Program-made: the position numbers and the translations under genes
Source of the DNA: a virus
Taxonomy: Duplodnaviria; Heunggongvirae; Uroviricota; Caudoviricetes
DNA length: 8,247 nucleotides
Strand: one strand, 5' to 3'
IMG/VR virus record: IMGVR_UViG_2534681834_000008
Shown: one piece after another, positions 6,945 through 8,247 of the stretch
Layout: each line of letters begins with the position of its first letter
Position numbering within the stretch: position 1 is the first letter of the stretch
Notes under the pieces: generated by a model
Databases searched by the model: none
What the model was told of the DNA's origin: nothing
The model's input: the letters and a program-made list of their open reading frames with translations, nothing else

Positions 6945-6982
6945 AAAAGAAAACCCGGCACGGTGGCCGGGACGTTTTATTT
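6945..6982 (-). terminator. Intrinsic terminator (bidirectional in appearance) directly downstream of the DUF4411-like gene
   Basis: GC-rich hairpin CCCGGC (6954..6959) / GCCGGG (6966..6971) with a 6-nt loop. On the minus-strand RNA it is followed by UUUUCUUUU (plus-strand AAAAGAAAA at 6945..6953). On the plus strand it is followed by ACGTTTTATTT (6972..6982). The hairpin begins 5 nt after the stop codon at 6977..6979. Confidence 0.65.
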
Positions 6983-7489
6983 CAAAGAAAAATTATGACT
7001 AGCGTATCTTGGAAGAAATTCATATAGTGTTAATGTCTTAACGCCGTGAGAAGCAGCAGCATCCGGGATCATTATTCTTTTTTTAGGTTTGCCACCGGAT
7101 GGTTTCTCATGGGTAATAATAGTATATCCATGTGTCATCGCATGGGCTATTAAAAAAGCATCTGCTTTTTCATGGCTTGCAAAATCAAACTTTGCCTTTT
7201 CGGTAACATCTAATTTAGTTGACCAATTTATTAACTTTGCATAATTTTCTATTGAACTATGCTCATCTTCGAAGAATGATGATGGTAACTCTTCTTTAAT
7301 CCATTTACACAATGGATCATCTTTTGCACATAGTTCTTTTTTTACAGCATTAATGCTATAAATCAGACCATTAATGTGTAAAGCGAGAAGAAAATCCCAA
7401 AATATTTTGCAATAATTGAAGTTATATGCAAAGTTTTTTGCCTCTATGAAGACATTACTATCAATTAAGAATTTTCCATTATGAATCAT
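6977..7489 (-). CDS. DUF4411-like protein, predicted PIN-like nuclease fold (170 aa)
   Basis: ORF from the track. N-terminal FLIDSNVFIEA resembles the first acidic motif of PIN-like domains, followed by FWDFL, G-IYSI-V-KEL, ADAFLIAHA and a C-terminal IMIPDAAASHGV, which together match my recollection of the DUF4411 family pattern. The start ATG at 7489..7487 overlaps the stop of the upstream peptidase gene as ATGA. The gene is visibly AT-rich compared with the Red genes. Confidence 0.7.
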   Translation of the reverse strand: MIHNGKFLIDSNVFIEAKNFAYNFNYCKIFWDFLLALHINGLIYSINAVKKELCAKDDPLCKWIKEELPSSFFEDEHSSIENYAKLINWSTKLDVTEKAKFDFASHEKADAFLIAHAMTHGYTIITHEKPSGGKPKKRIMIPDAAASHGVKTLTLYEFLPRYASHNFSLK

Positions 7490-8247
7490 AGAGATTCTCG
7501 TTTTTTATAAAATTCAACAACTGTATCTGCTTTTACATTTAGCAGTACGCCTGCTTCCCTTAATGGTAATTGTTGAGACATTGCTTTGGAAATTATTATA
7601 TTCGTAAGTTTTGGACTGTTACGAACAGGTAATGTGTTAAAGAAAGAACCACCATTGGATTCTTTTTTGGGCTTATTGTAAGCTTGATCTTTAATTATCT
7701 CCAAAGTGTTTCTTTCTATCAAATCTAATTGTAACGCTTTGATTGCACAAGCGAAATCACTAACCTTAAATAACTTAGAAACCTCTTTTACTCGATAATA
7801 ATTATTATCGCTGGATGCATTAAGCCAGAAAGATTTGAAGAGATTATCAGGCATTAAGATTTCAGCAGCAACTTTATTACAAAAAGATTCTATGTTTTTT
7901 TCTGTGTCCCACCCAGAGACTCCATCGACTCCAAGCCAAAGATGAGCCACCTCATGAAATAATGTAAATACCTGCGCAGATAACGCGTCCGAGCTATTTA
8001 CAAAAATGATCGGAGCAACGCTATCAGATATACAGAAACCACGAAACTCTCGCGTGTCAAGTTTTCTTTTATTATTATTACCCACAACACCATTCTTGAA
8101 AACTAATACGCCAGTGTCTTCTATTAGTTTTGCCACTTTAGAAAAATAGCTCTCAAAAGTGACATTTTTTATCTCTTTTTGTATATCAAAATGTATTGTG
8201 TTTGCTATGTCTGTAGCAACAACCTTATAATTTAATTTTCTATTAAA
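7486..8247 (-). CDS. ImmA/IrrE-family HExxH metallopeptidase domain protein, 5'-partial (gene continues past the window end)
   Basis: Contains FTLFHEVAHLWLG, the HExxH zinc-binding signature in the context typical of ImmA/IrrE proteins. The track ORF (7486..8136) starts at a GTG, but hand translation of the minus strand from 8247 shows 37 more in-frame codons with no stop (FNRKLNYKVVATDIANTIHFDIQKEIKNVTFESYFSK...). That is unlikely by chance in such AT-rich DNA, so the true start, and probably an N-terminal domain, lies outside the window. Confidence 0.75.
   Translation of the reverse strand, partial: FNRKLNYKVVATDIANTIHFDIQKEIKNVTFESYFSKVAKLIEDTGVLVFKNGVVGNNNKRKLDTREFRGFCISDSVAPIIFVNSSDALSAQVFTLFHEVAHLWLGVDGVSGWDTEKNIESFCNKVAAEILMPDNLFKSFWLNASSDNNYYRVKEVSKLFKVSDFACAIKALQLDLIERNTLEIIKDQAYNKPKKESNGGSFFNTLPVRNSPKLTNIIISKAMSQQLPLREAGVLLNVKADTVVEFYKKRESL

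Noticed and set aside
6653-6961. Minus-strand ORF 6653..6961 (102 aa)
   Set aside because: Its start codon lies inside the terminator hairpin at 6954..6971, and the body runs through the repeat and palindrome-rich AT-rich intergenic region; it has no internal Met and no ribosome-binding site. Treated as non-coding.
1-8247. Prophage attachment site or tRNA gene next to int
   Set aside because: The window begins exactly at the int stop codon, so any attL/attR core or target tRNA would lie outside the window. No tRNA-like structure was recognised inside it.

Overview
This window reads as the left arm of a lambdoid prophage, with every prophage gene on the minus strand and a single IS10 on the plus strand. 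From low to high coordinates: a complete lambda-family integrase (1..1143); an excisionase gene split by a complete 1329-bp IS10 (1322..2650) flanked by a perfect 9-bp target duplication; a block of small accessory genes including a TraR/DksA-type zinc-finger protein and a phage-type N6-adenine methyltransferase (NPPY motif); a Red recombination module (exo, bet, gam) that I recognise from memory as near-identical to phage lambda; an unidentified ORF at the position lambda uses for kil; and, after a repeat-rich intergenic region and an intrinsic terminator, a visibly AT-rich two-gene operon encoding a DUF4411-like (PIN-like) protein and an ImmA/IrrE-type HExxH metallopeptidase that runs off the window edge. 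That last module is the best candidate for an undescribed accessory (defence or toxin-antitoxin-like) system. The IS10 insertion in xis probably locks the prophage in place. No rRNA, tRNA or CRISPR array was seen. All identifications come from reading the sequence and recalled family knowledge; no database search was run.
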